DNA of 32,856 nucleotides from a virus (Duplodnaviria; Heunggongvirae; Uroviricota; Caudoviricetes): IMG/VR virus record IMGVR_UViG_2526164692_000012; one strand, 5' to 3'. Shown piece by piece: positions 29,846 to 32,856 of this stretch (position 1 is its first letter; each line of letters starts with the position of its first letter). The notes under the pieces were generated by a model. It saw only the letters and a program-made list of their open reading frames with translations, ran no database searches and was not told where the DNA came from. The position numbers and the translations under genes were made by a program.

Positions 29846-30471
29846 CCACTATTACCAAAGAACGTATTGAATTGTTCATTAAAAATCCGCTTGAAAACGG
29901 GCTTACTCGTGGCGAACAAATGGAACTGGCACGAATTGCACTGGCATCACTGGAACGCGAACAGATTCGCCACGAGCATGCCAAATGGTCTGACTCCACA
30001 TTTGGCTGCGTTGGCCCCATTGGTCCACTGAAACACCTCTCAAAAGAGGCACTGGAAGCCGCAGCCGAACCAGACGATCTTAGCGAGTGGGCTGATATGC
30101 AGTTCCTGTTGTGGGATGCACAGCGCCGTGCTGGTATCAGTGATGCTGAAATTACCGCTGCTATGGAAAATAAATTGAAGATCAACATGGAACGCCAGTG
30201 GCCTGAACCAAAAGATGGTGAGCCTCGCTTGCACATTAAAGAACCCGGCAACTCTCCGGTAACTCCGGATGGCTGGATAAGCTGTAGTGAGCGAATGCCG
30301 GATACCAAAACAGCCGTTCTTGTTGCCGTGGAGTTTGACAGGAAAGGTGACTGGCGAATGAAATGGGCGACTTACATCCCGGGTCATCCTGACGCTAATG
30401 ATGGGTGGATAATTCCTGGTGCGTCGTGGAAACCGTCACACTGGATGCCGCTACCAGAGCCTCCACTTTGA
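29842..30471 (+). CDS. Fusion protein: MazG-like nucleotide pyrophosphohydrolase-type domain (DUF550-like) plus DUF551-like C-terminal domain, 209 aa
   Basis: ATGA overlap with the upstream gene; N-terminal half resembles MazG/DUF550 prophage proteins and the C-terminal half (WISCSERMPD...SHWMPLPEPP) resembles DUF551, as recalled. Confidence 0.5.
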   Translation: MTTITKERIELFIKNPLENGLTRGEQMELARIALASLEREQIRHEHAKWSDSTFGCVGPIGPLKHLSKEALEAAAEPDDLSEWADMQFLLWDAQRRAGISDAEITAAMENKLKINMERQWPEPKDGEPRLHIKEPGNSPVTPDGWISCSERMPDTKTAVLVAVEFDRKGDWRMKWATYIPGHPDANDGWIIPGASWKPSHWMPLPEPPL

Positions 30472-30567
30472 AAGCGAAGCTTATACATATCTTTTACATC
30501 AGCAATCTATTGTTAATCTCCAATCAATGTTACGTTGTCATCTCACTCATGCTTTGGAGGTAGTGAT

Positions 30568-30747
30568 ATGTCTTGTCCAAAATGCGGTTCTGGAAATATT
30601 GCAAAAGAAAAAACAATGCGTGGATGGTCTGGTGATTATGTGTGCTGCGATTGCGGATACAACGACTCTAAAGACGCATTTGGAGAGCGTGGTAAAAACG
30701 AGTTTGTTAAAATTAATAAAGAACGCGAAGGCAACGAAAAAAGCTAA
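30568..30747 (+). CDS. Small zinc-ribbon protein, 59 aa
   Basis: GGAGG SD 7 nt upstream of the ATG; two CxxC pairs (CPKCG...CCDCG). Confidence 0.5.
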   Translation: MSCPKCGSGNIAKEKTMRGWSGDYVCCDCGYNDSKDAFGERGKNEFVKINKEREGNEKS

Positions 30748-30810
30748 TTTATTTATTCATATATGAAAACAATGTAACCAATATTCGAATTGAAGAACTG
30801 AAAGAACACC

Positions 30811-30837
30811 AAGCCGCCTGATGGCGGTTTTTTATTG
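30811..30837 (+). terminator. Intrinsic terminator at the end of the early-left array
   Basis: CCGCC-TGAT-GGCGG hairpin followed by TTTTTTATT. Confidence 0.65.
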
Positions 30838-30878
30838 CCTGATTTGCAGGTTCGATTCCCTATTCGGAGATAGCACTC

Positions 30879-31079
30879 ATGCAACACGAACTACAGCCTG
30901 ATTCACTGGTTGATTTGAAATTCATCATGGCTGATACTGGCTTCGGTAAAACCTTCATCTATGACCGGATTAAGTCCGGAGACCTGCCTAAAGCCAAAGT
31001 TATCCACGGGCGAGCAAGATGGTTATATCGTGACCATTGTGAATTCAAAAATAAGCTCTTAAGCCGCGCCAATGGGTAA
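30879..31079 (+). CDS. torI: Excisionase / recombination directionality factor, TorI-like (AlpA family), 66 aa
   Basis: 66-aa ORF next to attR with winged-helix-like core (TGFGKTFIYDRIKSGDLPKAKVIHGRARW); matches my recall of K-12 TorI in length and N-terminus. Confidence 0.7.
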   Translation: MQHELQPDSLVDLKFIMADTGFGKTFIYDRIKSGDLPKAKVIHGRARWLYRDHCEFKNKLLSRANG

Positions 31080-31152
31080 AATAGCGGGTAAAATATTTCT
31101 CACATCTAAAAAACACCATTCCAATCAATCCCCTGCCGCCTCAAGTAGATGT

Positions 31153-31167
31153 CTGCAGGGGACACCA
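31153..31167 (+). repeat. attR core: 15-bp CTGCAGGGGACACCA (copy of the argW 3' end)
   Basis: Exact repeat of 3358..3372; flanked by non-tRNA sequence. Confidence 0.75.
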
Positions 31168-31608
31168 GATACCCTTCAAACGAAATCTACCTTCACCCCG
31201 TAAAAGATGGGTTTGGCAGCACACTTGCCTTATATCTACTCATTTTTACTGCAACAGGTTGAAATCTCAGCACTGTCAGAAAGCGCTGATGACTAAACAG
31301 CCCTGAGCCGGGCGATGTAACCATCACACAGAATCCTGATAGCGAAATATGGCGTGACTCGATACTTCACTCCGCAATGCATTCCTTGATGAATTCGCAG
31401 GACCGTGATACACGGGACAGGTCACTGAATGACGACAATGTCCTGGAAATCAGCGAACCGCGCATCTGAAGTACATTTGAGCGACTGTACCAGAACATGA
31501 ATGAGGCGTTTGGATTAGGCGATTATTAGCAGGGCTAAGCATTTTACTATTATTATTTTCCGGTTGAGGGATATAGAGCTATCGACAACAACCGGAAAAA
31601 GTTTACGT

Positions 31609-32856
31609 CTATATTGCTGAAGGTACAGGCGTTTCCATAACTATTTGCTCGCGTTTTTTACTCAAGAAGAAAATGCCAAATAGCAACATCAGGCAGACAA
31701 TACCCGAAATTGCGAAGAAAACTGTTTGGTAGCCTGCGTGGTCAAAGAGTATCCCAGTCGGCGTTGAAAGCAGCACAATCCCAAGCGAACTGGCAATTTG
31801 AAAACCAATCAGAAAGATCGTCGACGACAGGCGCTTATCAAAGTTTGCCACGCTGTATTTGAAGACGGATATGACACAAAGTGGAACCTCAATGGCATGT
31901 AACAACTTCACTAATGAAATAATCCAGGGGTTAACGAACAGCGCGCAGGAAAGGATACGCAACGCCATAATCACAACTCCGATAAGTAATGCATTTTTTG
32001 GCCCTACCCGATTCACAAAGAAAGGAATAATCGCCATGCACAGCGCTTCGAGTACCACCTGGAATGAGTTGAGATAACCATACAGGCGCGTTCCTACATC
32101 GTGTGATTCGAATAAACCTGAATAAAAGACAGGAAAAAGTTGTTGATCAAAAATGTTATAGAAAGACCACGTCCCCACAATAAATATGACGAAAACCCAG
32201 AAGTTTCGATCCTTGAAAACTGCGATAAAATCCTCTTTTTTTACCCCTCCCGCATCTGCCGCTACGCACTGGTGATCCTTATCTTTAAAACGCATGTTGA
32301 TCATCATAAATACAGCGCCAAATAGCGAGACCAACCAGAAGTTGATATGGGGACTGATACTAAAAAATATGCCGGCAAAGAACGCGCCAATAGCATAGCC
32401 AAAAGATCCCCAGGCGCGCGCTGTTCCATATTCGAAATGAAAATTTCGCGCCATTTTTTCGGTGAAGCTATCAAGCAAACCGCATCCCGCCAGATACCCC
32501 AAGCCAAAAAATAGCGCCCCCAGAATTAGACCTACAGAAAAATTGCTTTGCAGTAACGGTTCATAAACGTAAATCATAAACGGTCCGGTCAAGACCAGGA
32601 TGAAACTCATACACCAGATGAGCGGTTTCTTCAGACCGAGTTTATCCTGAACGATGCCGTAGAACATCATAAATAGAATGCTGGTAAACTGGTTGACCGA
32701 ATAAAGTGTACCTAATTCCGTCCCTGTCAACCCTAGATGTCCTTTCAGCCAAATAGCGTATAACGACCACCACAGCGACCAGGAAATAAAAAAGAGAAAT
32801 GAGTAACTGGATGCAAAACGATAGTACGCATTTCTGAATGGAATATTCAGTGCCAT
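31609..32856 (-). CDS. cscB: LacY-family oligosaccharide:H+ symporter, probably sucrose permease CscB, 415 aa
   Basis: 12-TM major-facilitator profile with a LacY-like N-terminus; length 415 aa; the csc sucrose locus is known to sit at the argW/dsdA hotspot in some E. coli. The start codon is the last 3 nt of the window. Confidence 0.6.
   Translation of the reverse strand: MALNIPFRNAYYRFASSYSFLFFISWSLWWSLYAIWLKGHLGLTGTELGTLYSVNQFTSILFMMFYGIVQDKLGLKKPLIWCMSFILVLTGPFMIYVYEPLLQSNFSVGLILGALFFGLGYLAGCGLLDSFTEKMARNFHFEYGTARAWGSFGYAIGAFFAGIFFSISPHINFWLVSLFGAVFMMINMRFKDKDHQCVAADAGGVKKEDFIAVFKDRNFWVFVIFIVGTWSFYNIFDQQLFPVFYSGLFESHDVGTRLYGYLNSFQVVLEALCMAIIPFFVNRVGPKNALLIGVVIMALRILSCALFVNPWIISLVKLLHAIEVPLCVISVFKYSVANFDKRLSSTIFLIGFQIASSLGIVLLSTPTGILFDHAGYQTVFFAISGIVCLMLLFGIFFLSKKREQIVMETPVPSAI

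Larger units (their letters stand above)
3358..31167. mobile_element. P22/Sf6-like prophage integrated in argW (about 27.8 kb); apparently defective, lacking immC, replication, late-regulator and lysis modules
   Basis: Bounded by the 15-bp att repeat; contains integrase, serotype-conversion gene, tailspike, immI, full head/ejection module, terminase, early-left genes and excisionase. No cI/cro-, O/P-, Q- or holin/endolysin-like ORF is present between the att copies. Confidence 0.8.

Noticed and set aside
31560-31600. Inverted repeat CCGGTTG...CAACCGG downstream of the cscB-like gene
   Set aside because: Loop is about 21 nt and there is no U-run in the correct orientation for a minus-strand terminator; not called as a terminator.

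Overview
The window is an enterobacterial (E. coli-like) chromosomal segment: yfdF-like AT-rich gene, mlaA, yfdC, then tRNA-Arg(CCU) argW with a ~27.8 kb prophage integrated at its 3' end (15-bp direct repeat at 3358..3372 and 31153..31167), followed by a LacY-family sugar permease (cscB-like). The prophage is P22/Sf6-like: integrase next to argW, an AT-rich O-antigen acyltransferase in the serotype-conversion slot, a tailspike with a P22-type N-terminal head-binding domain, an immI module (ant, arc, mnt), two exported-protein genes at the sieA position, and a complete leftward morphogenesis operon (ejection proteins, tail needle, coat, scaffold, portal, TerL, TerS). An IS1 copy with no target-site duplication sits where the lysis, late-regulator, replication and immC genes should be; to its right are early-left genes (erf, ssb, small accessory ORFs, a torI-like excisionase). 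The prophage therefore looks defective but retains lysogenic-conversion and accessory genes. The best candidate for an undescribed system is the two-gene exported-protein cassette coupled to mnt. All homology statements are from my recall of protein families and from sequence features, not from database searches.
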